A DNA stretch of 64,000 nt from Acidobacteriota bacterium (GCA_013203475.1 JABMNV010000015.1:3567-67566); one strand, 5' to 3'; numbered from the stretch's first letter, positions 24,562 through 34,879 are shown. Notes: generated from the letters alone by a model not told the origin. Numbers and translations are program-made.

Positions 24562-25358
24562 TCACGCCTCACCAGCTCTACCAGGAATCGCAAGGCGCCG
24601 CACCGCCGCTGTTGCTTGACGTTCGACCCGCCGAGGAATTCGCTGCGGGACATCTGCCCGGCGCCCTGCATCTTGACCTATGGGGCATCAGTCTCATCGA
24701 CACCAGCGACGCGCCCCTGCGGGCGTTCATGTGGATGGTGGGGCATCTGTTTTCGTTGCGAGGCGTCACGCCTGATCGACCGGTGGTGGTGTACGAGAAG
24801 CAGTCGGGCATTCGCGCCGCGCGGGCATTCTGGTTCCTCGAGTATTTTGGTCATCCGAATGTGCGTGTGCTTGATGGTGGCGTGCCGGTGTGGACAGCCG
24901 CCGGATTTGATCTGACTACCGACGCGGTGGCACCTGTGCCGAGCACGTGGCACGGTGACGCAGACGACCGACTGCTCGCCACCTGGAACCATGTGCGTGG
25001 CCGACTCGGCAACATGGACACCGCCTTCGTCGACACACGGAGTGAAGGCGAGTACTTCGGGGAGGTCGTGCGCGCCAGGCGCGGCGGAGCTATTCCGGGC
25101 GCTGTCAATCTTGAGTGGACGCAGAATCTGGCGGCCGACGGCACGTACAAATCGGCCGCAGACCTCAAGGCGATGTACTCCGCGATCGGAATCACCCACG
25201 ACCGAGAGGTGGTGACGTACTGTCAGGGCGGATATCGCGCGGCGCATACCTATCTGGCGCTGCGCCTGCTCGGCTTTCCGCGCGTCCGTAACTACACGGG
25301 ATCCTGGAAAGAGTGGGGCGATCGAGAAGACCTGCCCGTCGAACGACCAGCCAGGTAG
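24555..25358 (+). CDS. Two-domain rhodanese (thiosulfate/3-mercaptopyruvate sulfurtransferase)
   Basis: LLDVRPAEEFAAGHLPGA in domain 1 and the active-site loop YCQGGYRAAH in domain 2. Confidence 0.85.
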   Translation: MLITPHQLYQESQGAAPPLLLDVRPAEEFAAGHLPGALHLDLWGISLIDTSDAPLRAFMWMVGHLFSLRGVTPDRPVVVYEKQSGIRAARAFWFLEYFGHPNVRVLDGGVPVWTAAGFDLTTDAVAPVPSTWHGDADDRLLATWNHVRGRLGNMDTAFVDTRSEGEYFGEVVRARRGGAIPGAVNLEWTQNLAADGTYKSAADLKAMYSAIGITHDREVVTYCQGGYRAAHTYLALRLLGFPRVRNYTGSWKEWGDREDLPVERPAR

Positions 25359-25374
25359 GGCGCGGGTCACGTTC

Positions 25375-27795
25375 TTACCGTGGCCTCAAGACCAGTGTGG
25401 TCATCGTCTCGCCTGGCAGGAATGGCGTCGGCTCACCCGTGACCCACGCCTGATGGCCGTCGCGATAGTGCGGCGAACGTGGATGCCCCGACTGCCCGGT
25501 CGCCATGTGGAAGTACCCATCAGCCTCGTGACCAGGCGAGACCGTCAACCGCTCGGAGGCACCAAAGGTGGCGCTCTGCACGCGAGGCATGTGACTGTCG
25601 CCGGGCATGGCCGTGCGGGGCATGTCGAGCCACCTTCCTAGCATCGGGACCGCACGTGTGAGCGGGTGCTGAATCACACTCGTGTTCGCTTCACCCCATG
25701 TCCGATCCCCCAGGGCTTGCCCGTTCCTGGTCAGCGCCGCAATCGTGTCGTCGACGGCGGCCAGCATCAGCACAGTCCAGTCGGCATATGCCGGATCGAG
25801 AAGATGAACCGGTCGCTCCGTGATGAGGGCCCAGACCGCGCCCTCAAGGCTCCGACCGGGCGTGGCTGGATACGTCCGGTCTCTTTGGCGGAGGCGCTGG
25901 ACAAACGGCGCGAGCGCGAGTTCGGCGGTTGTGAGCCGAAACTGTCGCACCAACCGATAACCCACCGAATCGATAGACGCGCGACCCGTCCAGCTATCGG
26001 TGAGCAGGCGAAGGAATTCGAGACGTCCAGCATCTGCCGAGTCGCCGATGGCGTCGATCGCCAGTGCGCGCCAGCGGTCCATCAACAGGGCTCGGTCATC
26101 AAGTTGGATGGCGAGCATGTCGGCGGTCGTGGCCGCGTCGACCGCGAGGAGGCCATCGAGAATCTGTCGCGCACGCGCGCCAGGGTCGTAGCCCCCATCG
26201 CCGAGCATGTCCAACTGTGGGCCCGACACGATGCGGTTGTTCGCGGTCACAATCACCCCGCTCGGCGGGTCCACCAGACGGGGGTACTCGGCCGCCTCGT
26301 ACCAGCCGTCCCACCGCCGGGTGCCATCGGCCCACGACGTCGGCACTCGGCCGTCAAAACCAATCCGCCGAGGAATGCGACCGGCCACGGTCCATCCGAT
26401 GTGGCCCTCGCTGTCGGCGATGACACAGTTCTGCCCTGGCACACCCGCGCGGTTGGCGACAGACATTGCGTCGCCGATGGTCCAGGCCGTTTCCATGCCC
26501 GAGAGGTTGAAGTTCAGGCCCTCTGGGTGATGTGCCACCCAGGCGATCGCAAACTCGCGGTCGGCGTAGTCGGGTCCGCCGACTGGTCCCCAGATCGTTT
26601 CCCTGACGTCAAGCCACTGATCAGCTTCGCCGTCGACGATGAGTCGCTCGCGGCTGACGTCGAAGGCCCGCGGGCCTTCCGGGGTCAGGTAGTGCGTTGC
26701 GTCTCCGTCAACCAACTCGACAAGCACCCGGTCGCTCCAGTCTGCCGTGGTGTTGGTGAAGCCCCAGGCGATATGGCCGTTGCTGCCGACAATCATCGAC
26801 GGTACGCCAGGCAGGGTGACGCCGGTCACCCGATGGTCTCCGCGGCTGTCGCTCCACACCAGGGACGCTCGGTACCAGATGTTGGGGACGCTCAGTGAGA
26901 GGTGCATGTCGTTACTGAGCAGGGCTCGTCCGTCTGCGGTACGACTGCCGGCCACCACCCAATTGTTGCTGCCCCGCGCGTCGTCGTCTTGCGGGGTGAG
27001 GCCTAGCGCGAGCGCGAACGTGTCTGCTGTTGAGACTTCTTCCAGCCGACGACCTCTGGTGGCTGCCGATGGCGCAGTACGGAGGTCGTAGACGCTGGCT
27101 GATGGCGGGACGGGCGCCGCCAGTGGTTCGCCAAGCATTGGCGTGTCCCACTGACTGGCCGTCGTGTTCAGGAACCCCGCCAGCTCAGCTGGAAAGGTCT
27201 CTTGCAGCAGGGCGGTTCTTGCGTCGCCGGTGGCAGTCGAATCCTGGAGGCTGAAGAACATGGCGGCCGCCACGAGGATTGAGTCTTCTCGCATCCATGG
27301 TCGAGGTGTTGTCCGAAGGAGTTGGTACTCGACGGCAGCCGTCCCAAGCGCGTTGAGCCCGGCGTTGACGCCGTCGACGTACGCGGCGAGATGGGCCATG
27401 TCCTCTGCCGACATGGCCGCCAGCACGGCCCCCGCTCGGTAGCGGAAGCGGTGGAGCCTCGCGCTTCGATCCGTGGCGACGGCGGCAGGACCGAACAGTT
27501 CCGACAATTCCCCTGCGGCCCGACGTCGGGCCAGGTCCATCTGGAAGAATCGATCCTGCGCATGTACGAATCCCAGGGCGCGAGCCACATCCACTCTGGA
27601 TTCGCCCGTGACGGTGGGAACGCCAAGATGATCTCGTTCCACCGTCACTGAGGCTGCCAGCCCGGCAAGTATCGTGGTGCCGTCCTGTTGTGCCAGGCTG
27701 CGTCCCAGCTGGATCCACGCCCAGGCCGACGTCCCAAGTGCGATGACGATCAGGAAGGCCAGCAGCCAGCCAAGTGCTCGTAATGTGCGCGCCAT
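25375..27795 (-). CDS. Penicillin-acylase family Ntn hydrolase (possibly an acyl-homoserine-lactone or beta-lactam acylase)
   Basis: 806 aa with an N-terminal TM/signal segment and the autoprocessing site GSNNWVVAGSRTADGRALLSNDMHL. Confidence 0.9.
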   Translation of the reverse strand: MARTLRALGWLLAFLIVIALGTSAWAWIQLGRSLAQQDGTTILAGLAASVTVERDHLGVPTVTGESRVDVARALGFVHAQDRFFQMDLARRRAAGELSELFGPAAVATDRSARLHRFRYRAGAVLAAMSAEDMAHLAAYVDGVNAGLNALGTAAVEYQLLRTTPRPWMREDSILVAAAMFFSLQDSTATGDARTALLQETFPAELAGFLNTTASQWDTPMLGEPLAAPVPPSASVYDLRTAPSAATRGRRLEEVSTADTFALALGLTPQDDDARGSNNWVVAGSRTADGRALLSNDMHLSLSVPNIWYRASLVWSDSRGDHRVTGVTLPGVPSMIVGSNGHIAWGFTNTTADWSDRVLVELVDGDATHYLTPEGPRAFDVSRERLIVDGEADQWLDVRETIWGPVGGPDYADREFAIAWVAHHPEGLNFNLSGMETAWTIGDAMSVANRAGVPGQNCVIADSEGHIGWTVAGRIPRRIGFDGRVPTSWADGTRRWDGWYEAAEYPRLVDPPSGVIVTANNRIVSGPQLDMLGDGGYDPGARARQILDGLLAVDAATTADMLAIQLDDRALLMDRWRALAIDAIGDSADAGRLEFLRLLTDSWTGRASIDSVGYRLVRQFRLTTAELALAPFVQRLRQRDRTYPATPGRSLEGAVWALITERPVHLLDPAYADWTVLMLAAVDDTIAALTRNGQALGDRTWGEANTSVIQHPLTRAVPMLGRWLDMPRTAMPGDSHMPRVQSATFGASERLTVSPGHEADGYFHMATGQSGHPRSPHYRDGHQAWVTGEPTPFLPGETMTTLVLRPR

Positions 27796-27797
27796 AG

Positions 27798-29270
27798 ATG
27801 GCGTATTCTACGCCGGTGAGATCTTTGAGTCTTCGTATGGTGTCAGGCGTCGTGTTCTGTGTTCTGCTCGCTGGTGGGTCTGCGGTTGTGTCTCGATCAG
27901 GAGTACACGCGCAGGCGCCAGGCATGGGTACCGCCGATGGCATTACCGAGGCCGGTATCCGGGCCCACATGGAGTTTCTGGCCGGTGACGCCCTGAACGG
28001 GCGTGGCAGCAACTCTCGAGACGAGTGGATCGCGGCCGCATACATCGCCGCCCAGTTCCGCCAGTGGGGCCTTGAGCCGATGGGCGACGCCGGCGGGTTT
28101 GTGCAGGCGGCAGAGATCCTGCGCGAGCAGATGGCTGCTCCGGCCGTGCTTTCTTCTGGTGCCGCCCAGTTTACGCATGGGCAGGAGATGCTGGTGAGCA
28201 CGCTGACTGGCGCCCACGTGGCAGGCCCGCTGGTGAAAATGGCAGAGGGCGCGACGTCAGTGCCCGCCGGATCGGTCGTCTTGATGCCGGTTCCCGCGGC
28301 AACTGGCGGCGCGGCAGGGGCAGGACGCGGTCGTGGCACACAAGCGACGGCTGGTGCGGCGTTCCTGATTTCATTGGCGACAGACCAGACCGCCGAACAG
28401 TGGGCGACTGCGGCCGCTCGGGTCATCAGTGCGGGCTCACGTTTTGCCACTGTCCCGCCGACACCGAATCCGGCGCGCGCGGCGCGGATCTCGGTCAACA
28501 AGGCGACGTATGACGCGTTGGCCGCCATGGCCGATGGGACGACCGTTTCGCTGGACGCAGAGCTCCGTGCCACCACGGCCCACACCTGGAATGCCGTCGG
28601 TCGGTTGACCGGCAGCGACCCGGCCGCACAGGCGGAAGTCGTCGTGCTGGGGGCGCACCTCGACCACTTGGGGCTGCGCGAAACCGCCCGAACTGATGAC
28701 AAGATTTACAACGGTGCCGACGATGATGCGTCCGGCACAGTGGCGGTGATGGCCCTCGCCCAGGCACTGGCAGCGGGACCTCGGCCAAATCGCACGTTGG
28801 TGTTCGCGCTGTTTGGAAGCGAAGAGGGTGGCGGCGCGGTCTCGGGGTCGTCGTATTTTGTCGAGCTGCCGGTGGTGCCCCTCGACCAGATCGTGACGCA
28901 GCTGCAGTTCGAGATGCTCGCGCGACACGACCCGATGGTGCCGGCCAAGAGTCTGTGGCTCACCGGGTACGAGCGGTCAGACCTTGGTTCCGAGTTGGCC
29001 AAGCATGGCGCGGCGTTAGTGCCGGACCCTCGACCGGAGCAGAGTTTCTTCACGCGCTCAGACAACATCAAGTTTGCGCGCAAGGGCGTGGTCTCGCACA
29101 CGGTGTCGAGCTTCAATCTCCATACCGACTACCACCAAGCCAGCGACGAGATCGACACCGTGGACTTCGCGCACCTGCTGGCCTCAGTACGGTCGATGCT
29201 TGAGCCAGTCCGCTGGCTGGCCAACTCGACGTTCAAGCCCGCCTGGACGCCTGAGGGGCGGCCGCGGTAG
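27798..29270 (+). CDS. M28-family aminopeptidase
   Basis: GAHLDHLG, YNGADDDASGTVAVMALA and FALFGSEEGG metal-ligand motifs. ATG 27837 (MVSGVVFCVLLAGG...) is an alternative start. Confidence 0.85.
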   Translation: MAYSTPVRSLSLRMVSGVVFCVLLAGGSAVVSRSGVHAQAPGMGTADGITEAGIRAHMEFLAGDALNGRGSNSRDEWIAAAYIAAQFRQWGLEPMGDAGGFVQAAEILREQMAAPAVLSSGAAQFTHGQEMLVSTLTGAHVAGPLVKMAEGATSVPAGSVVLMPVPAATGGAAGAGRGRGTQATAGAAFLISLATDQTAEQWATAAARVISAGSRFATVPPTPNPARAARISVNKATYDALAAMADGTTVSLDAELRATTAHTWNAVGRLTGSDPAAQAEVVVLGAHLDHLGLRETARTDDKIYNGADDDASGTVAVMALAQALAAGPRPNRTLVFALFGSEEGGGAVSGSSYFVELPVVPLDQIVTQLQFEMLARHDPMVPAKSLWLTGYERSDLGSELAKHGAALVPDPRPEQSFFTRSDNIKFARKGVVSHTVSSFNLHTDYHQASDEIDTVDFAHLLASVRSMLEPVRWLANSTFKPAWTPEGRPR

Positions 29271-29306
29271 GTAGACGCGACACGGCAGGAGCAAAGGGCG
29301 TGCGAT

Positions 29307-30689
29307 ATGCTGAGCGACATGGTCAACGTCATTGATTTCATCAATACCAATCGCGATCGATATGTCAGAGAACTGAAAGACTATCTGGCGATTCCGTCCA
29401 TCAGTGCCCTGCCAGCCCATCAAGGCGACCTGCGCACGTGCGCCGAGTGGACTGGGGCCGAAATGACCCGCGTCGGGCTTGAGAACGTCCGATTGATCGA
29501 GACTCCTGGCAACCCGGTTGTCTATGGCGACTGGCTCCACGCCCAAGGCGCACCAACGATTCTGTTCTACGGCCACTACGACGTGCAGCCCGTTGACCCG
29601 CTGGAGTTGTGGGAGTCGCCGCCATTTGAAGCCACCGTCCGCGATGGCGAAATCTATGCCCGCGGGTCCGCTGACGACAAAGGCCAGGTCTTCATGCACT
29701 TCAAGGCCATCGAAGCGCACATGAAGAAGAACGGCCGCCTGCCGGTGAACATCAAAGTGATCATCGAGGGCGAGGAAGAAGTGGGGTCCGAGAATCTGGA
29801 CGACTTCATTCGCGCCAACAAGGCCGACCTCGGCGCGGATGTCGTCGTGATCTCTGATTCGGCCATGTTCGACCGTGGTATTCCCTCAATTTGTTACGGG
29901 CTCCGCGGGTTGACGTACTTCCAGATCGACCTGCGCGGTTCCAATAGCGACTTGCATTCAGGTGTCTTTGGCGGTTCAGTGGCCAACCCGGCGATGGTGC
30001 TCGCGCAGATGTTGGCGCAGATGCGAGACAAGAGCGGCCGCATCAAGATCCCAGGGTTTTATGACGACGTCCGCGAGTTGACGGAAGAAGAACGCGCCGA
30101 GTGGCGAAAGTTGCCGTGGAACGATAGCCGGTACCGCAAGGAACTGGGTGCACCGAAGCTGTTCGGCGAGACGGGGTACACCACCAACGAACGGCGATGG
30201 GGCCGACCGACGTTTGAAGTGAATGGATTGCTTAGCGGCTTTACCGGCGACGGCGCCAAGACGGTGTTGCCGGCCGTTGCGATGGCCAAGGTCAGCATGC
30301 GTCTTGTGCCCGATCAGCATCCTGACAAGATTGCCGAACAGTTCGACGCGTATGTGCGCAAGATCGCGCCCAAGACGGTTGACCTGAAGGTGACGCGCAT
30401 GCACGGTGGTAAACCGTGGATGGCAGACTTCAACAACATCTACGTGCGTGCTGCTGGCCGTGCGATTGAGCAGGGGTTCGGGAAGACTCCGGTATTCTGC
30501 CGCGAGGGCGGTTCGATTCCTGTCGTGTCGACGTTCCAGGAGGAGTTGGGCATTCCGTCAGTGCTCTTTGGCGTCGGTCTGCCGGACGAGAACGCTCACG
30601 CGCCGAACGAGAAGCTGGACCTTGGCAACTTCCACGGCGGCATCGTGGCCGCGGCCATTCTCTATGAGGAGATTGGCAGCCGGAAGTAG
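29307..30689 (+). CDS. M20-family dipeptidase
   Basis: LFYGHYDVQPVDP, RGSADDKGQ, IIEGEEEVGS, GGSIP. Confidence 0.9.
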   Translation: MLSDMVNVIDFINTNRDRYVRELKDYLAIPSISALPAHQGDLRTCAEWTGAEMTRVGLENVRLIETPGNPVVYGDWLHAQGAPTILFYGHYDVQPVDPLELWESPPFEATVRDGEIYARGSADDKGQVFMHFKAIEAHMKKNGRLPVNIKVIIEGEEEVGSENLDDFIRANKADLGADVVVISDSAMFDRGIPSICYGLRGLTYFQIDLRGSNSDLHSGVFGGSVANPAMVLAQMLAQMRDKSGRIKIPGFYDDVRELTEEERAEWRKLPWNDSRYRKELGAPKLFGETGYTTNERRWGRPTFEVNGLLSGFTGDGAKTVLPAVAMAKVSMRLVPDQHPDKIAEQFDAYVRKIAPKTVDLKVTRMHGGKPWMADFNNIYVRAAGRAIEQGFGKTPVFCREGGSIPVVSTFQEELGIPSVLFGVGLPDENAHAPNEKLDLGNFHGGIVAAAILYEEIGSRK

Positions 30690-30700
30690 GCGGCTGCCGC

Positions 30701-33247
30701 CTATTCCCAGCGAAGTGCCTTCATCGGGTCGACTCGTGACGCCCTCAGTGCAGGCAGGAACCCGGCGGTCAGTGCGACGACGCCAAGCACAATGAAGGAG
30801 GCTGCGAAGACCCCCAGGTCATGGCCCTGCATCTCGAACAGCTGTGACTCAGCGGCGCCGCCGATAGCCCACGCCAGGCCAAACCCCACAATGCCTCCGA
30901 TGACCGCCATGGCGGCCACTTGGCGGAGGACCAGCATCCTGACGTTGGCCCCGTCGGCGCCCAGAGCCATGCGCAGGCCGAATTCGCGCGTCCGCTGGGT
31001 CACCGTAAAGGCGAGTACTCCGTAAAGCCCGATGGCGGCCAACAGCGTGGCTAAGGCGGCAAACGCCGCGGACATCGTACTGATGAACCGGTCCAGAAAG
31101 ACGTTCTCCCGGACCTGCTCCGGCATGGTGCGCAACTCTTCGACGGGAAGGTCGGCATCCACCTTGGAGACCAGGACATTGATCGACCGCAGGAACTGCT
31201 CGGGATCAATTTCAGTCCGCACATAAAACGACATTGATCCGACCCGCTTATCCTGGCGATAGGGCGTAAAGAACAGAGGGGGAATCGTGCCCTTGACCTC
31301 GCTGTACTTTGCGTCCTGGACCAGGCCCACGATTTCCATGTCGAGAGGTGCGCCCGAGCGGCCGTCCGACATGAGTGTGCCGACGGCGCTTCCTTCAATG
31401 CCGAACTTCTTCGCGAACGCCTCATTGACGACCGCCACGTGTGCCGCGCCGAGGCGATCGGCTGCGGTGAACTCCCGGCCCGTGATGAGTGGGATGCCGA
31501 CCGTGCCGAAGTAACCTGGGCCTACCTCGTTGAAACGGGAGTTGTTGTCGATGTCCGGTCCCGTTGTGAACCCTTGCACGTTGACGTCGGTGCCCCAGTT
31601 GTTGCCCGCCAGCAACGGCACCAGAGAACCGGTCACGCTCTTGACGCCTGGCAGTGCTGACAATTCGCTTTCGATTTCCTCGAAGATCGCCATCGACCGC
31701 TCGGCCGGATATCCATTGAGCGACGGTGAGACTCCGAATGTGACGAGGCGGTCGATTTTTAGACCGAGATCGACTCGGCTGACGTTCAGCAAGCTCTTGG
31801 TGAAGAGACCAGCCGAGGCGAGCAAGGCCATGGACAAGGCCATTTGCCCAACCACCAACGCCATACGAAAGCGCGCGGCCGAACGAGCGCCCGACGGTTG
31901 ACCGGCGGTGCCCTTGAGGGTCGTAGCCAGGTCAGGGCGTGTGCTGTGGATGGCCGGAAAGAGTCCGAAGAGCACGCCTGTGGCAATCGATAGCGCGCCG
32001 GCAAATGCCATGACCGTCCAGTCGAGTCGGAAGACCAAGACGGCAGAGGCGTCCGCCGGAAGGAACGCGGCGATGATGCCGAGTGTCCATCGTGCAACCA
32101 GCAGGCCACCGAGGCCTCCCATGAATGCGAGTAGACATGACTCAAGAAGCAGTTGCCCAATCAGCCGGCTACGGCTGGCCCCAATCGACAGACGCACGGC
32201 GATTTCATTGGCTCGCGCTGCCGACCGAGCCAACAGAAGGTTGGCGATGTTGGCGCAGGCAATTAGCAGAACGACCCCGGTGACCGCAAAGAGCAGCGTC
32301 AATGGCGTACTCGCTTCCTCGTGCATCGAGCTCTGTCCACGCAGTCCTGACGTGATGACCAGGGGCTTGGCCCTGAAGCGCTCCATCGTGGCGTCACTCA
32401 TGCCCTCCTGAAGTGGAGCCTCCACTTCGTTGACGATGGTGTGATAGCGCGCGGAGAGCTCCGTCTGAGCGCCTTCCAGAGCCACGCCAGGTGCGAGGCG
32501 TCCGAACACGTACGCCCAGTAGGACTTGCGATTGTCGAAGTCTCCGAACCACGTTTGCACCGCACTCCGCATGGTGATTGGGAGATAAATCGATGGCTGG
32601 GCACCCATCGTCGTGCCCGTGAAGCCTGCCGGTGCCACGCCGACGGTCGTCATCGACACACTGTTCACGATCAGTGTCTTGTTCAGCACCGTCGCGTCCG
32701 CCCCGAACCGGTTCACCCAGTAGTCGTGTCCAAGCACCACGATGGGTGATTGGCCCACCGTCTTGTCATCAATCGGGCCAAGGAGGCGTCCGACGGCTGG
32801 TGTCAGGCCCAGGGTCGGAAAGTAGCTGCCCGAGACCAGGGCGCCTTCGCCGTTGAGCGTCTGACCCTGGAACGAGAGATTGGTGGAGAAGAGCACGTGC
32901 GCGGCGAGACCAGAAAGCGACGTTGACTCCCGCTCCAAATCGCGAAACATCTGGTAGCTGAAGACATCGTCACAATCGCCCGCCTGATTGCACGACTGAG
33001 AACCGGGTTTTGGTTCCGGCGCCGAGAGGTTGACCAGATTCTCAGGCGCGGACACCGGCAGCGGCCGAAGGAGCATCTGGTTGAACAGTGAGAAGATGGC
33101 CGTGTTGGCGCCGATGCCGAACGCCAGTGACATCACCGCGATGGTCGTCACAAAGGGAGCACGGAACAGAGTACGGATCGCGAACTTGAGATTCAGCAGC
33201 AGGTCATGAGACGGAAAACACGGCGGATGAGTTATCCATGAACGCAC
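30701..33247 (-). CDS. Duplicated MacB/FtsX-type ABC permease (ADOP-like orphan permease)
   Basis: 848 aa with two FtsX-like 4-TM modules and large periplasmic loops. The N-terminus LKFAIRTLFRAPFVTTIAVMSLAFGIGANTAIFSLFNQMLLRPLPV is typical of the acidobacterial duplicated orphan permease family. The start is uncertain: GTG 33247 overlaps the divergent ATG 33238. Confidence 0.82.
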   Translation of the reverse strand: MRSWITHPPCFPSHDLLLNLKFAIRTLFRAPFVTTIAVMSLAFGIGANTAIFSLFNQMLLRPLPVSAPENLVNLSAPEPKPGSQSCNQAGDCDDVFSYQMFRDLERESTSLSGLAAHVLFSTNLSFQGQTLNGEGALVSGSYFPTLGLTPAVGRLLGPIDDKTVGQSPIVVLGHDYWVNRFGADATVLNKTLIVNSVSMTTVGVAPAGFTGTTMGAQPSIYLPITMRSAVQTWFGDFDNRKSYWAYVFGRLAPGVALEGAQTELSARYHTIVNEVEAPLQEGMSDATMERFRAKPLVITSGLRGQSSMHEEASTPLTLLFAVTGVVLLIACANIANLLLARSAARANEIAVRLSIGASRSRLIGQLLLESCLLAFMGGLGGLLVARWTLGIIAAFLPADASAVLVFRLDWTVMAFAGALSIATGVLFGLFPAIHSTRPDLATTLKGTAGQPSGARSAARFRMALVVGQMALSMALLASAGLFTKSLLNVSRVDLGLKIDRLVTFGVSPSLNGYPAERSMAIFEEIESELSALPGVKSVTGSLVPLLAGNNWGTDVNVQGFTTGPDIDNNSRFNEVGPGYFGTVGIPLITGREFTAADRLGAAHVAVVNEAFAKKFGIEGSAVGTLMSDGRSGAPLDMEIVGLVQDAKYSEVKGTIPPLFFTPYRQDKRVGSMSFYVRTEIDPEQFLRSINVLVSKVDADLPVEELRTMPEQVRENVFLDRFISTMSAAFAALATLLAAIGLYGVLAFTVTQRTREFGLRMALGADGANVRMLVLRQVAAMAVIGGIVGFGLAWAIGGAAESQLFEMQGHDLGVFAASFIVLGVVALTAGFLPALRASRVDPMKALRWE

Positions 33248-33927
33248 AAATTCGTCGCATTTTCACTCTGGTCCTCCTATTACTGGCCGTAGTTGTCGCG
33301 CTTTGGTCGTACAGCGCGGGGGGAACCGTGCGGCTGCTGTTGGCGGGTGCCGCGAATCTGGGCGATTCCGGTCAATCTCTGGACGCTCTGCGTGCCGCGC
33401 TGGGCCAATGGGGCCGTCTTGCGCCCGTGATCTACGTCGTCGCGGTGGTGATTGAGGTGCTGGTGGCGCCGATTCCGGGAACGTTGCTCTATGCGCCCGC
33501 AGGTGCGCTGTTTGGCGGATGGTGGGTCGGCACCTTGTCGCTGATGGGCAACACCATCGGCGCAGCCATCGCCTGTGGCGTCGGTAGCGCCCTAGGCGAA
33601 GAGGCGCTGGCTCGGCGGATTGAGGGCACGAAGTTCGAGCGCCACCGCGACGCGGTCCGGCAGCGCGGTGTCTGGGTGGTGCTGCTGCTGCGCCTCAATC
33701 CCCTCACCTCCTCCGACATCGTGTCGTACATGGCTGGCGCGGCGGGAGTGCCTATCTGGCGGGTTGCGCTCGGGACCTTCGTTGGAATGGCACCACTGTG
33801 TTACGCCCAGGCCTACCTCTCTGAAACGATCTTCGATGTATTGCCCGGGGCGTTGTATGTCCTCATCGGCGTCGGGTTGCTGTACGTGCTCTTCCTGGTG
33901 GTCTGGTTCATGCGTTCTCGCCACTGA
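33238..33927 (+). CDS. TVP38/TMEM64 (DedA-superfamily) membrane protein
   Basis: LLYAPAGALFGGWWVGTLSLMGNTIGAAIAC and RLNPLTSSDIVSYMAGAAGV motifs. Confidence 0.8.
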   Translation: MNAQIRRIFTLVLLLLAVVVALWSYSAGGTVRLLLAGAANLGDSGQSLDALRAALGQWGRLAPVIYVVAVVIEVLVAPIPGTLLYAPAGALFGGWWVGTLSLMGNTIGAAIACGVGSALGEEALARRIEGTKFERHRDAVRQRGVWVVLLLRLNPLTSSDIVSYMAGAAGVPIWRVALGTFVGMAPLCYAQAYLSETIFDVLPGALYVLIGVGLLYVLFLVVWFMRSRH

Positions 33928-33963
33928 CGCCGAGCGATGTCACCTCTTCCACCATGACACCAC

Positions 33964-34869
33964 TCAGGTGCGGATGAACGTGCCTTGTTTCAGGTCTGAC
34001 ATGGCCTGACGGATCTCATCCTGGGTGTTCATCACGATCGGACCGTGCCAGGCGACCGGTTCTCCCAGGGGGTGTCCTGAGACGAGCAGAAACCGGATAC
34101 CGTCGGGGCCAGCCTGGACGGTGATCTCATCACCACGATCGAACAAGACCAGAGAACGGTTGCCTGTGAGGTCCAGTACCGGAGCTTCGTCAATTTCTCC
34201 CGTGGTGTCGGTCAGCACCCCCTGGGGAGCCGATGCGTCCCGGAAGTGTCCCGCGCCGGCGAACACGTAAGCGAACGCATGGCGGGTCGTTTCCACTGGC
34301 AGTGTCTTGCGCACGCCAGGTGGTACCGAGACATCCAGGTACATCGGGTCGGCGGCGACACCGTCGACCGGGCCCCGTCTGCCCCAAAATTCTCCGCACA
34401 CGATTTTCACCCGTGTCCCGTCGTCATCCACGATGTTCGGGATGTCGGCGGACGTGGCTTCCTGATATCGCGGTGCAGCCATCTTGAGCGACGATGGCAA
34501 ATTGGCCCACAACTGGAAGCCGTGCATCCGGCCGTCGGCGTCTCCCTGGGGCATTTCCTGGTGGATGATGCCGCTGCCGGCCGTCATCCACTGGACGTCG
34601 CCTGATGTCAGCGCTCCTTCGTTGCCCAGACTGTCGCCGTGATGCACGGTGCCAGCCAGCACATACGTAATGGTTTCAATGCCGCGATGGGGATGCCACG
34701 GAAAACCGGCCAGATAGTCGGCGGGTCGCTCACCGCGGAAGTCGTCGAAAAGCAGGAACGGGTCGAACTCCGAAGTGGTACCGAAGCCGAAACCTCGGTG
34801 CAGTTTGACGCCGGCGCCTTCGAGGGTGGGCTGGGCAGCGATGATGCGGGACACGGAGCGAATCGACAT
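33964..34869 (-). CDS. Pirin-family protein
   Basis: FPWHPHRGIETITYVLAGTVHHGDSLGN bicupin motif. GAGGA lies 6 nt upstream of ATG 34869; ATG 34875 is an alternative. Confidence 0.9.
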   Translation of the reverse strand: MSIRSVSRIIAAQPTLEGAGVKLHRGFGFGTTSEFDPFLLFDDFRGERPADYLAGFPWHPHRGIETITYVLAGTVHHGDSLGNEGALTSGDVQWMTAGSGIIHQEMPQGDADGRMHGFQLWANLPSSLKMAAPRYQEATSADIPNIVDDDGTRVKIVCGEFWGRRGPVDGVAADPMYLDVSVPPGVRKTLPVETTRHAFAYVFAGAGHFRDASAPQGVLTDTTGEIDEAPVLDLTGNRSLVLFDRGDEITVQAGPDGIRFLLVSGHPLGEPVAWHGPIVMNTQDEIRQAMSDLKQGTFIRT

Positions 34870-34879
34870 GGGCATTCCT

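Noticed and set aside
33238-33247. 10-bp overlap of divergent start codons (ADOP-like permease GTG 33247 versus TVP38-family ATG 33238), considered as a regulatory oddity
   Set aside because: It is more likely an artefact of the permease start call. Family N-termini usually begin just before the ...LKFAIRTL... segment, so the real start is probably a non-ATG codon downstream of 33247.
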